Positions 7,907 to 16,968 of a DNA stretch of 44,498 nucleotides are shown piece by piece (the first letter of the stretch is position 1; each line of letters starts with the position of its first letter). A program made the translations under genes and the position numbers. The DNA comes from a virus (taxonomy: Duplodnaviria > Caudoviricetes). The stretch is from IMG/VR virus record IMGVR_UViG_3300049135_000084, positions 1-44,498 of that record, one strand, 5' to 3'. Below the pieces are notes generated by a model. The model did not search any database and had not been told where the DNA came from. It was given only the letters and a program-made list of their open reading frames with translations.

Positions 7907-8241
7907 GCGGCTTGGTCCTTCCTGGTGCAGTGGGGCAGGTCGTCGTGCTCAGTGCCGCAGCTGGTCCACCAGCGCTCGCAGCAGCCGTCTTCCAGGTCGG
8001 TCCTCGCATGGCTCGCCCAGGTGCGGAGGCGGGCGGCCCGTTCGGCGCGCACGGCAGCGGCGCGGCGTTCGTCGGAGGCGACGTACTCGCGGGCGAGGGC
8101 GACGCCCAGCAGCAGTGAGACGGCGACCAGGCCGGCGGCGTGCCACGGTGCGCCGTTGCGCGCGGCGTTGGTGGCGCAGTGGGCGGTGAGCAGGGCGGCG
8201 AGCAGGTAGGCCCAGCCGAGGGCGCGGGTTGATCGGGTCAC
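7903..8241 (-). CDS. Small membrane protein with Cys/His tail
   Basis: Two hydrophobic helices, CCERWWTSCGTEH...C; GTG 8241 with GGAGG. Confidence 0.7.
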   Translation of the reverse strand: MTRSTRALGWAYLLAALLTAHCATNAARNGAPWHAAGLVAVSLLLGVALAREYVASDERRAAAVRAERAARLRTWASHARTDLEDGCCERWWTSCGTEHDDLPHCTRKDQAA

Positions 8242-8402
8242 AGGTACCTCCCGGTGAGGGGGATGGTGGTGATGCTGTGGCGCTGGCGGGCTGTGAGGCC
8301 CTGGCCCCACAGGTCGGCGGCCCAGCGGGGGCGGGGGAGTTCGCAGCGGCAGGTGCCGGTGGCGGCGAGGAAGTGGCCGCGCGGGCAGCGCGGGCGGTTC
8401 AC
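8238..8402 (-). CDS. Small Cys/His protein (54 aa)
   Basis: CPRGHF...CRC; GTGA overlaps at both ends. Confidence 0.6.
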   Translation of the reverse strand: MNRPRCPRGHFLAATGTCRCELPRPRWAADLWGQGLTARQRHSITTIPLTGRYL

Positions 8403-9142
8403 GGCTGCGCCTCGTCGGCGTCGAGGCTGTGGCCGGGGCACCAGACGCCGGGCCTGTCGGCCCACTCGTGTGCGTCGTGGTAGTCGTCGTGGCCGCACTG
8501 CCGGGTGCCGGTCTCGTCCTGGAACGGCTCCAACAGGGCGTAGGCGGCCTGACGGTCGCCGTGGAGGTACTCGACGGCGTAGTCGCCGAGCCGGTCTCGG
8601 CGCAGCCAGCCGCGCTGCTCGGCGACGAACCCCTTGTCGTCCCAGTGGCCGTCGCCGCAACTCAGGTCGCTGCTCCCGTTCTCGTCCGCTCGATCGATGC
8701 GTGAGGGCGGGAACCCGTACTCGATCGCCGTCTCGCGCGACCACACCCCGGCGGGCATCTCACACACGTTGGACCAGCCGACGTACACGTCCTTGTCGCG
8801 GTCGGGCTTGATGAGCAGGCAGCGCAGGCGCGGGTTGTTCGACGCCTTGACCTCGGCGAGTTCGGCGGTGAGGTGGGCGTTCTCCTGCTCCAAGGCCACC
8901 GCGATCGAGCGAGCCCGTTCGAGGTCGGTGATGGCGTCCGGTTCGGGGTGCTTGGCCACCCACGCCCGGACGGCCTGGTCGATCTCCAGGAGAGCAGCGT
9001 TCCCCCGAGCCTGCGCCTGGTCGTTCTCGGGGCTGTCGGTGAGGGTCTCGGCGGCTCGGCGGACGGCGCGCCAGTAGGCGTTGCTGGGCTTCTCAACCTC
9101 GTTCATGAGCGCCATCAGGGCGAGGATGCGATCGCTGGTCAT
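8399..9142 (-). CDS. Hypothetical modular protein
   Basis: GGAGG RBS; coiled-coil segment, central globular part, C-terminal CGH...H...H...CPG. Confidence 0.75.
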   Translation of the reverse strand: MTSDRILALMALMNEVEKPSNAYWRAVRRAAETLTDSPENDQAQARGNAALLEIDQAVRAWVAKHPEPDAITDLERARSIAVALEQENAHLTAELAEVKASNNPRLRCLLIKPDRDKDVYVGWSNVCEMPAGVWSRETAIEYGFPPSRIDRADENGSSDLSCGDGHWDDKGFVAEQRGWLRRDRLGDYAVEYLHGDRQAAYALLEPFQDETGTRQCGHDDYHDAHEWADRPGVWCPGHSLDADEAQP

Positions 9143-9977
9143 GGGTTCCTCCGTGGTGTGATGGGTGGGAGGCCGCCCCGCAACTCGACTGCGGGGCGGC
9201 CGTCGTGGTCAGCGGCAGATGGGGCACACGTGGAAGGCGTCCGTCGACTCGTGGCAGAGGTCGACGCAGCGGCGGCAGAACGGGGTCTGGGCGTGCTGGG
9301 CGCGGCCGTCGAATCGGGTGTCGCTGGGGTCGAACGGCTGCTGGCACTTCGCGCACTTCGCCTGCTTGTCCTCGGCGGTGGGCGCCTCGATCCGGAGCGC
9401 ATGCAGGACGGCGTTCAGGATCGTGCCAGGGTCGGCGACGGCCTCGCCTGCAGCGCCCTCGATCGCGTGCCAGGCGCGGTCGTGCTCGTTCGGGGTGAGG
9501 ACGCGCCGGGCGGGCTGCGTCTTGGCGACCTGGCCGGTGGTGGGAGCCTCGTAGGCGTTGGTCGTCTCCAGGACCGTGGCGTGACCGACCACCTTGCGAA
9601 CGGCGGCGGCCGGGCGCCGGTCGAGGGCCTCGATCCAGGCGACAGCGACGGCGGCGACCTGGACCAGCTCAGTGCGCAGCTTGGCCGGGTCGTTCTCGGC
9701 GATGGCCTCGAAGACCTCTTCCAGCAGGACGTGGCCCCACGTGCCCTCGCCGTCGGCGAACGCGTCCTGGCAGCGCTGGCGCCAGAAGTCGGCGTGCCGG
9801 TCGCTGCCGTCGTAGCCGGTGCCGTCGGGGTGGTTCTGCTCGCCCCACTTGGTGTCCTGGGCGATGCGTTCGATGAGAACCTGCTGCAGAACGCGGTCGG
9901 TGACGATGCTCGGGTTCATGGGTTCCTCCGTGGTGTGATGGGTGGAGGTCCGGGCCTGATAGCGACAGGCCCGGACC
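9139..9977 (-). repeat. Two copies of a 30-bp leader (9139-9168, 9916-9945), each preceded by a 12-bp hairpin
   Basis: Identical tcatgggttcctccgtggtgtgatgggtgg; hairpins at 9171-9201 and 9947-9977. Confidence 0.9.
9209..9919 (-). CDS. MazG-like (all-alpha NTP pyrophosphatase) domain fused to Cys-rich Zn-binding domain
   Basis: LLEEVFEAIAE...LRTELVQVAAVAVAWIE; C-terminal CAKC, CRRC...CH, CPIC. Confidence 0.7.
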   Translation of the reverse strand: MNPSIVTDRVLQQVLIERIAQDTKWGEQNHPDGTGYDGSDRHADFWRQRCQDAFADGEGTWGHVLLEEVFEAIAENDPAKLRTELVQVAAVAVAWIEALDRRPAAAVRKVVGHATVLETTNAYEAPTTGQVAKTQPARRVLTPNEHDRAWHAIEGAAGEAVADPGTILNAVLHALRIEAPTAEDKQAKCAKCQQPFDPSDTRFDGRAQHAQTPFCRRCVDLCHESTDAFHVCPICR

Positions 9978-9978
9978 G

Positions 9979-11586
9979 CTAAGCGGCGGGAAGAATGAGC
10001 TGACCGAGGACGCGACCGACGCGGTCCTGGTCGATGAGGTCGGCGACGTCGCCAGCCGACGCGCCGCGCGGCACCGTGATGCCGAGACGCCTGCACAAGC
10101 CCAACTGCTTCGGGCTGGGTTTCCCGGCCCTCCAACGGGCCTGCCTCGACACAAACGCCCCGGGCGCCAGCACCTTGGCCTGCTGCTCCAGCCACGCCAG
10201 CGCCTCCGGCAGCGGCCGGGCCACGTCGTCCTTCGGCGGGTGCACGCCGTGCGCCTCGGTCCAGCGGCGCATCCGGTACAGCCGGGTCCCGGGGTCACGC
10301 TGCAGGAACAGGAACATGGCGCCGGTCAAGCGGATGAACCAGATGCCGTCCGGGGTGCGCAGCCAGCGGATCGCCGACGAGCCGAACAGGTTGATCTCCT
10401 CGGCCTCGACCCGCGCGGCCAGGGTCCGACGCTTCTCGGCGGCCGCGGCCTCCTCGGCGACCTGGCGGAGGCTCTTGCCCGGCTCGGCCTGGCCGATCTC
10501 CCGTTCGGTGAGGTCGACCATGCTGGCGAGCTTGTGGCGGCTCGCGGCGCCCATGACGTCGAGCAGCAGTGCGTCGGTCTTGCCGGGTGCCGGCCGGAGC
10601 CCGCGGCCGACCATCTGCACGTACAGGCCCGGCGACTTGGTGGGGCGGGCGACCACGACGCAGCTGGTGTGCGGAGCGTCGAATCCCTCGGTGAGCACCA
10701 TGCAGTTGGTGAGCACCTGGAGTTCACCCGCGGTGTAGCGGGCGAGGGTCGCGCGGCGCTCGTCGCGGCCCATGTCGCCCCACACCGGGGCCGCCTTGAT
10801 GCCGACCGCGACCAGGGCATCGGCGGCGGCCTTGGCGGTCGCCACGGTCGGGGTGAAGACGACGCCCGGGCGGTCGGCGGCGTGGTCGACGTAGGCCTTG
10901 GCGATGGCGTCCAGCGCGCCGGAGTCCTCCAGGGCCTTGCCGAGCTGCCCGTCGACCAGGTCGCCGCCCCGGGTCTTCACCTTGTTGAGGTCGAGGGTGT
11001 CGACGGTGATGGCCTTGCCGCGAACGTCGCAGAGGTAGCCGTCGCTGATCATGTCGAGGATGTCGAGGCGGAAGACGACGTCTTCCCAGACCTCGGCCAG
11101 GCCGCCGTCCTCCCGGGTCATCGTCGCGGTGAAACCAGCCACCGGGACGCCGTCCCAGGCGCCGAAGTGCCGCAGCACCTCCATATAGGTGGGGGCCGCA
11201 GCGTGGTGGCACTCGTCCACGATGATCAGGCCGATATCCCGGATGGCCTCGCGACGACGGGCGACGGCCAGAGTCTGGACGCTGGCCACGATCACGTCGG
11301 CGTTGGCGTGATCGTCGCGCTGGGCCTTGACGATGCCGACGCGCAGCATCGGATCCACGGCAAGCAGCTTGGAAGCGGCCTGCTCGATCAACTCTTCACG
11401 GTGCGCGATGACGAGGGCTCGGCGGCCGCCGAGGCTGTCGAGCATCTGGTGGGCCAGGTGGGAGAACACGACGGTCTTGCCGACGCCGGTCGGGAGGACG
11501 ACGGCCACGCGGTTCTTGCCGTCGGCCCAGCCCTGGCGCAGCGCCTCGATGGCGTCGAGCTGGTAGGGGCGGGGTGTGAAGGACAT
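9979..11586 (-). CDS. SF2 DEAD/DEAH-box helicase
   Basis: LPTGVGKT, DECH, TAT, LTEGFD, QMVGRGLR motifs. Confidence 0.95.
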   Translation of the reverse strand: MSFTPRPYQLDAIEALRQGWADGKNRVAVVLPTGVGKTVVFSHLAHQMLDSLGGRRALVIAHREELIEQAASKLLAVDPMLRVGIVKAQRDDHANADVIVASVQTLAVARRREAIRDIGLIIVDECHHAAAPTYMEVLRHFGAWDGVPVAGFTATMTREDGGLAEVWEDVVFRLDILDMISDGYLCDVRGKAITVDTLDLNKVKTRGGDLVDGQLGKALEDSGALDAIAKAYVDHAADRPGVVFTPTVATAKAAADALVAVGIKAAPVWGDMGRDERRATLARYTAGELQVLTNCMVLTEGFDAPHTSCVVVARPTKSPGLYVQMVGRGLRPAPGKTDALLLDVMGAASRHKLASMVDLTEREIGQAEPGKSLRQVAEEAAAAEKRRTLAARVEAEEINLFGSSAIRWLRTPDGIWFIRLTGAMFLFLQRDPGTRLYRMRRWTEAHGVHPPKDDVARPLPEALAWLEQQAKVLAPGAFVSRQARWRAGKPSPKQLGLCRRLGITVPRGASAGDVADLIDQDRVGRVLGQLILPAA

Positions 11587-11620
11587 GCGTCACCTCGATT
11601 CGGTGGAGAGGAGAGAGGGG

Positions 11621-11899
11621 CGGTACGCGCTGCGTACCGGCTGCGTACCGGCTGCGTACCGGGCGAAAATGGGCTCTGACCTGCTGTTATGTCTCTCTCT
11701 AGAGACAGTGGTACGCAGGTACGCAGAAACAGACAGGGGTCGATGTGCGCAGGCACGCACGCACGCGCACGCACACGCGCCCACGCCTGAGGGGTGTCTT
11801 TTCCGGGCGGCTGCGTACCGGCCCGAAAGTGACGGCTGATACGCGCCTGACCTGCGGGAACGCTGGGGCGATGGTGGTACGCACCTCGTGCGTACCACC
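11621..11899. repeat. Iteron-rich putative replication origin
   Basis: ctgcgtaccgg x3 tandem (11630-11662) plus 11811-11821; inverted ggtacgcag x2 (11710-11726); 12-bp inverted repeat 11873-11899. Confidence 0.75.
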
Positions 11900-11912
11900 G
11901 GCCCGACGGCCC

Positions 11913-14768
11913 TCATGCCGCCTCGTCCTGCTCGCCGAAGGGCATGCCCTCGGGGGTGAACGCGAGGCACTTGGCCCGGGCGCCGTCGAAGCGACGGGGC
12001 ACCAGGTGCGGCGGGCGCTGGCTCTTGAGCGTCTCCAGATACCCGGCGTCGACCCAGCTGCCCACGACCGCGTCGAGGGAGTATCCGGCCTCGGCCAGGA
12101 TCTTGCGGACCCGCTCAGGCAGCAGGGCGACCGTCTGGACGCCGTTCTTCGCCGAGATAACGCCCAGCCACCCCGAGTAGGGCGGGCGCTCCCCGAGGGC
12201 CGCCCGGGACGCGCTGAACAGCTCGTGGGCGTGGCCCGCGACGTACTCCCGGAGGACATCCAGCGCCATCTCAGGCCGGTTGTCGGTCGGGTTGTGGGCG
12301 GTGAACAGGCCGCGCCACACGTCGTGGCTCAGGGACTCGTATGGCAGCAGCCCGATGCCGCACGCCAGCGTCTCAGCGAGCACCAGGGCGGCGACCATCG
12401 GCGCGCGCCGGTTCGTCATGTCACCGCTGCCGCGGAACTCGTCCACCAGCGCGCGGTGCTTCTGCTTCAGCACCTCGCGGCCATTCGGGTGGGCGAGGCC
12501 GCTGAGGATGTACTGGACGAACTCGGGGCCAGCGTGCCCGTGGTGGGTGAGGACACCTTCCCGGGCCGCAGCCGCGACCGCGCCGCCGTTGTCCCCGAAG
12601 GGGGCGATTGTGGTGCCGAGGATTCGGGCGGCCGCGCCCTGGCTGGTGGTGAAGCTCAGGGCCGGCCGCTCGCCGGACGACAGGAGGATGGTCTCCCAGG
12701 GCAGCATGTTGCCGAACGCGCCGCCGCTGCGGGCCTTCCCGTGGTTCATCGGGAGCTGGTAGAGGACCTCGTCGATCAGGGTGTCGTCGGTGACGGCCAT
12801 GGTCTCGTCGAAGACGGTGACGATGCCGCGGACCAGGTTCAGCCGCTTCTCGATCGCGTACAACGTGGTGCGCCAGTTCGACATGGCGCTGGCGTGCTCG
12901 GACGGGTCTGCCCACACGCTGAGCGCGCACTGCAGGGCAGTCGTCTTGCCCTTGGTGGACCGGCTGGAGATGTCCAGCGTGAAGCTGTTCAGCCCGAGGG
13001 GCTTGAGCAGCGGGGCGGCGAGCGCGGCCGCCACGGCGACGCGTGGCACGGGGAAGCCGGCCAGCTGGGCGACGGTCTCCTTCCAGCCCTCCAGCGTCCC
13101 TTTCCGGGCGTGCGCGCGGGCCGGGCCGCGCTGCTCCTCGAACGGGACGTCGACCTTGATGCCGTCCTCGGGGCTGGCGACGAACGTGCCGTCGTCCTGC
13201 CACCCCAGCCAGCGAGCCAGCTGCTCGGACGGGATGCGGCCCACGTTGGTGGACTCGAACTCGGCCAGCCACTTCTCTACGGCCCGGGCGTCGCCCTCGA
13301 CCGCCGGGAGGCCGGCACTGCCCAAGGTCTCGATCAGCTTGCGGCCGCGCTTCGCGGTCTCGCGGCTGACGATGCGGGAGATGCGGCGGGGCCGCCCCAG
13401 GCTCCGGTCGATCCACGAGAGCTCCACGTACTGGTCGCCCTCGGGGTCCTCGAACGTGGCCGTGACGACCAGCGGCGCGAAGGTGACGCGGATCCAGTTC
13501 TCGCCGCTGGTGCTGAGCACTTCCACGCCCCTGCTGGTGACCCGGTAGTCGTAGGGCGTGCGGACGGCCGAGGGGAGACCGAACGTGCTGGCGTAGTCGA
13601 ACCCTTCCGGCCCCTCGGCGATGTCGGCCATCGGGTGCTGGTCTTCGTGCTCCTGCTCGGCAGGGGCCTCGGCAGGGGCGGGGTGCTCGGGCCGGGGCGC
13701 GGCCGGGGCGGCGCCGACGGTGGTGAGATGGCGGCTGCCGTAGCCCTGGCGGGCCAACTCCTTGGCGGCGGCCTTGTGGTCACCGCCGTGGTTGAGCAGC
13801 GCGTAGGCGCCGAACTTCGAGTAGGGCACCTCCGGCTCGAACTCGGATCCGGTGGCGAACACCCACAGCCGGTCGTGCTCGTCGCGCCCGGTGGTGGCCT
13901 TCACCCCGCCGACGCCGTCAGCCCATCCCCAGTAGGTCACGCTGCCGCGAGTGTTCAGCGGCCGGAAGACACCCCGCAGGACCTCGTCCCAGGCGGCCCG
14001 AGCCTCGAAGTCGTCGCCAGGCCGCAGGCTCCCGTCCGGCCGGGGCAGGGCAGGGCGCGGCGCCGTCCGCGGGGACTCGGCCGTGGGCATCGCGTCGAAG
14101 GCCTGGCACAGGGCGTAGACCGCGTCGAGGTCCTCCGCATCGAGGACGGCCATGCTCGTGGGGCCGCCGGCGAGCCGGATGTAGGGCTTGCCGCTGGGGT
14201 GCGTGGAACCGTGCGACGGGGCGATGACGACGAAGCCGCCCTCGCCGCGCGTCTCGATCAGGACCCGCACGATCTTCGTGTTCGGCTTCTCGGCGAGGCG
14301 CTGGCGCTCTTCCGGGGTGTACTCGTCTTCCCGTGCGAGGCGCCGTGCCAGCTTCTTGTTGGCGGCCGCGGGCCTGCCCTGGACGACGACCTTGTAGTGC
14401 ACGCCGCCGGAGGGGGACTGGTCGGCCCAGCCGGTAGTGACGGCCTGCCAGAGGTCGCCGAGTCCGCTGTTGTTGGCCAGTTCGGTGACCTTGTCGAGGA
14501 TCCCCTCCTGGAGGGCCAGGCCCTCGAACTCGATGAGTTCGACGTTGCCAGACACGGCGCCGGTGACGATGCCGATGCCGGTACGGCGGCCGTCTCCGAA
14601 CCAGCGGTCATGTTCCTCGGGGGTGGACCGGGTGACCTTGTACTGGGTCCAGCTGCGGACGTCCGGGGCCTTGGTCCCGTCGGGCCGGACGGGGAGCGGG
14701 CACAGACCGGCGTCGTGCAGCTCGCGGGCGACGGCCCGGAGGTCTGGGGTGGTCTGTGAGTCGGTCAA
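11913..14768 (-). CDS. Bifunctional primase-polymerase fused to DUF927-type helicase/ATPase
   Basis: Prim-Pol motifs (GIGIVTG, SPSGGVH, ETRGEGGFVVIAPS); P-loop SRSTKGKTT and FDE; TTG 14768 with AAGGAG and TTGA overlap. Confidence 0.85.
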   Translation of the reverse strand: MTDSQTTPDLRAVARELHDAGLCPLPVRPDGTKAPDVRSWTQYKVTRSTPEEHDRWFGDGRRTGIGIVTGAVSGNVELIEFEGLALQEGILDKVTELANNSGLGDLWQAVTTGWADQSPSGGVHYKVVVQGRPAAANKKLARRLAREDEYTPEERQRLAEKPNTKIVRVLIETRGEGGFVVIAPSHGSTHPSGKPYIRLAGGPTSMAVLDAEDLDAVYALCQAFDAMPTAESPRTAPRPALPRPDGSLRPGDDFEARAAWDEVLRGVFRPLNTRGSVTYWGWADGVGGVKATTGRDEHDRLWVFATGSEFEPEVPYSKFGAYALLNHGGDHKAAAKELARQGYGSRHLTTVGAAPAAPRPEHPAPAEAPAEQEHEDQHPMADIAEGPEGFDYASTFGLPSAVRTPYDYRVTSRGVEVLSTSGENWIRVTFAPLVVTATFEDPEGDQYVELSWIDRSLGRPRRISRIVSRETAKRGRKLIETLGSAGLPAVEGDARAVEKWLAEFESTNVGRIPSEQLARWLGWQDDGTFVASPEDGIKVDVPFEEQRGPARAHARKGTLEGWKETVAQLAGFPVPRVAVAAALAAPLLKPLGLNSFTLDISSRSTKGKTTALQCALSVWADPSEHASAMSNWRTTLYAIEKRLNLVRGIVTVFDETMAVTDDTLIDEVLYQLPMNHGKARSGGAFGNMLPWETILLSSGERPALSFTTSQGAAARILGTTIAPFGDNGGAVAAAAREGVLTHHGHAGPEFVQYILSGLAHPNGREVLKQKHRALVDEFRGSGDMTNRRAPMVAALVLAETLACGIGLLPYESLSHDVWRGLFTAHNPTDNRPEMALDVLREYVAGHAHELFSASRAALGERPPYSGWLGVISAKNGVQTVALLPERVRKILAEAGYSLDAVVGSWVDAGYLETLKSQRPPHLVPRRFDGARAKCLAFTPEGMPFGEQDEAA

Positions 14769-15007
14769 CGCTCGTTCTCCTTGTGGAACGCGGCCACGTG
14801 CACGTGCTTGATGCCGGCGATGAATGCGCGCAGCTCGTCGACGCCGTGCTGAGCGGCCGTTACCGGGCCTTCGCGGCGCTGAGAGCAGCCGGGGCGGAAG
14901 CACTCGTACCTGGCGCGCTTGCCTTCTAGGTCGACGGTCAGAAGGCCGTCGACCTGCTGGCGGCGGGGCGAGCGGCCCGGGGCGTCCCGGGCGCGCTCGG
15001 CGGTCAC
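14765..15007 (-). CDS. Small Cys/His protein (80 aa)
   Basis: ECFRPGC...HVH; GTGA overlap with upstream gene. Confidence 0.6.
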   Translation of the reverse strand: MTAERARDAPGRSPRRQQVDGLLTVDLEGKRARYECFRPGCSQRREGPVTAAQHGVDELRAFIAGIKHVHVAAFHKENER

Positions 15008-15480
15008 CGCCCTGCCTGAGTCGTGCGGGATGACCACGTCTCGACGTCCTCGACGTGGCCGGCCGCGATGGAGGCCTGGAAGTCGACGGCACGTTGTGCC
15101 TCTTCGTGTCGCTGGACGATCTCCTCGCGCAGCTGGAGCACCGTGGTGGCCGGCCGCTGTCCGGCCGGGATGATGGCCAGGCCTGCGCCGTCGGCGGTCC
15201 AGATGACGACCGCGCGGGGCAGCTGGTCCTCGTCGGCGGCCCGGGACTCGTGCAGCGTGATCCGGTGCTCTGCGGCCAGGACGCGCAGTTCCTCGCGTCC
15301 GAGGGTGTGCAGCACCCACGCGAAGACGGCATCGGGCTGGCCGGTGATGCGGACCAGGTCACCGATCGCGTCGAGGCAGTCGACGACGTCCCGCCCTGCG
15401 GTCAGCTTGGCGGCCTCGATGCTGGCCAGCGCGGCCTGAGGCGTGGTGGGCGGCTTCGGCGCCATGGGAAGCTCAGACAT
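15004..15480 (-). CDS. Hypothetical protein
   Basis: High-GC3 ORF in the early operon, starting MSELPMAP. Confidence 0.7.
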   Translation of the reverse strand: MSELPMAPKPPTTPQAALASIEAAKLTAGRDVVDCLDAIGDLVRITGQPDAVFAWVLHTLGREELRVLAAEHRITLHESRAADEDQLPRAVVIWTADGAGLAIIPAGQRPATTVLQLREEIVQRHEEAQRAVDFQASIAAGHVEDVETWSSRTTQAGR

Positions 15481-15496
15481 GAGCGGACCCCGTTCT

Positions 15497-15814
15497 CTAC
15501 TTGCTGGTGTGGGCGGGCTGCTCGATAGGCGCCCCCGGCTGGACCCCGGGGGCGTCGCTGTTGGCGGCTGCTGCCGACTGGACCTCGGCAGCAGCGAGCG
15601 GGGAGAGGCCAAGGAAGGCGACCAGGTCGACCTTCCGCACGCGCTTGGCGCGGCCGAACTCGATGACCTCGATGGGGAATCCGCCCTCGCGGATCAGCTG
15701 GTAGCCGGTGCCCTCGCTGATGTTGAGGGCAGCGAACGCGGCTTTGACCGCGGGCATGGCGGGGAGTCCCATCACCTGCTCCGGGGTCAGCGCCTCGACC
15801 TTCTTGACGCTCAT
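15497..15814 (-). CDS. Excisionase/AlpA-like HTH protein
   Basis: AFAALNISEGTGYQLIREGGFP...GRAKRVRKVDL; second gene of early operon; ATGA overlap. Confidence 0.75.
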   Translation of the reverse strand: MSVKKVEALTPEQVMGLPAMPAVKAAFAALNISEGTGYQLIREGGFPIEVIEFGRAKRVRKVDLVAFLGLSPLAAAEVQSAAAANSDAPGVQPGAPIEQPAHTSK

Positions 15815-16104
15815 ACGGCCTCCTTCTGAGGCCGTATGGGGATGAAGGCGCGGCCGGACCGCTCCATCGGTATGAACAGCACCAGGAGGTCCACGCCGAG
15901 TGCGGCGGCGATGGCCTTGGCCTTGTGCTCGGGCACCATCCGCTGGGTGCCGGACATGAGGGCGCCGATGGTGCCGTCCGCTACGCCAGCGACGGCGGCC
16001 AGTTCGCGGCTGGAGATGGACTCGCCGGTTCCGATGCGCTCCATGAGCATCTTGAGTCGGTCGCCGCTGACGACCGCGTACATCGTGGGTGGGGATTCGC
16101 TCAC
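15811..16104 (-). CDS. Cro-like HTH regulator
   Basis: SSRELAAVAGVADGTIGALMSG...AIAAALGV; divergent from repressor; start approximate. Confidence 0.8.
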   Translation of the reverse strand: MSESPPTMYAVVSGDRLKMLMERIGTGESISSRELAAVAGVADGTIGALMSGTQRMVPEHKAKAIAAALGVDLLVLFIPMERSGRAFIPIRPQKEAV

Positions 16105-16114
16105 GTTCACCTCG

Positions 16115-16276
16115 CTGGACAACTTGTCCCACTTGCGGGACAGCGATGAACGGAGCATCACACGCACTGAACGTTTTGTCCAGCGTATGTGACAGCACTT
16201 AGGGTTGCTTAACTTATTGGTCAAAGATTCAGGGCGCCCTGGCGGGATCGTCCCGTGTGCTGAACAATCCGTTCAG
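16115..16276. promoter_or_regulatory. Three 17-bp palindromic operators of the genetic switch
   Basis: CTGGAC-N5-GTCCCA (16115), CTGAAC-N5-GTCCAG (16167), CTGAAC-N5-GTTCAG (16260). Confidence 0.7.
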
Positions 16277-16383
16277 TGGGCGTGATGAACGTCCCCATTG
16301 ACCTGCCCGTACGTCTCAATGAACGGCGCAGCCCCTGAACGGGACGTATGGCCCTCTGACCAAGGAATGGCAGGATGTGCCCC

Positions 16384-16812
16384 ATGGCCTCCAATGAACC
16401 TGAGCCGCGCGACGACGTGCGCAGGCCTGAACAGCGGACTCACCTTGCAGACCTCATTCGGAGCCGCCGCGCGGAACTGAATGTGGGACTGAAAGCCTTC
16501 GCCGAGAAGGCGGTAGACCCGGTGACGGGGGCGAGGGTGACGCGCGGCTGGGTGTACCGGCTGGAGCAGGGGGAACCGGTCACGCCACCCGTTTTCGAGG
16601 AACTCTGCGCACTCGCGGCGGCCTGCGACCTTCCGGTGGAAACGCTCCAGGACGCGGCCGGCAGTCAGTTCCATGGCGTTGACCCGCTCGTCAGTGGCTC
16701 AACAGAGGCCAAGGCCTACGTGCACAAACTGGATCGTTTGCCCGCCGATCAGCGCGACAGGCTGCTGCGGTTGATCGACACGCTGGTTCCCCCAGGCAAC
16801 GACACCGACTAA
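16384..16812 (+). CDS. Immunity repressor, XRE-family HTH
   Basis: LADLIRSRRAEL...VTRGWVYRLEQG...LAAACDLP; divergent from cro and upstream of integrase; start may be 16375. Confidence 0.8.
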   Translation: MASNEPEPRDDVRRPEQRTHLADLIRSRRAELNVGLKAFAEKAVDPVTGARVTRGWVYRLEQGEPVTPPVFEELCALAAACDLPVETLQDAAGSQFHGVDPLVSGSTEAKAYVHKLDRLPADQRDRLLRLIDTLVPPGNDTD

Positions 16813-16935
16813 TTCCAGCCTAGCCCTTGGCGTTACGTTAAGTAACCGTTCACTGCAGGCCGTAGACCCATGGGGCGCGTGGTGCGATCATGTGCGAACA
16901 CCTTTGGAAGAAAGGGTGCTGGTCCAAGTAGAAAA

Positions 16936-16951
16936 TCGAACGCATGAGCGG
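16936..16951 (+). promoter_or_regulatory. Putative LexA (SOS) box
   Basis: TCGAAC-GCAT-GAGCGG versus actinobacterial TCGAAC-N4-GTTCGA; ends 17 nt before ATG 16969. Confidence 0.45.
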
Positions 16952-16968
16952 GAGATGGGGGAGGCTTC

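Noticed and set aside
11621-11899. CRISPR-like array
   Set aside because: Repeats are 7-11 bp, tandem or inverted, with no unique spacers and no cas genes
11745-14759. 1004-aa plus-strand ORF, and similar long antisense ORFs (10240-11679, 33046-35031, 38490-40064, 41028-42485, 42799-44244)
   Set aside because: Shadow frames opposite real high-GC3 genes; no motifs
14769-15362. N-terminal 198-aa extension of the Prim-Pol ORF
   Set aside because: Overlaps two better genes; RBS and TTGA coupling support a start at 14768
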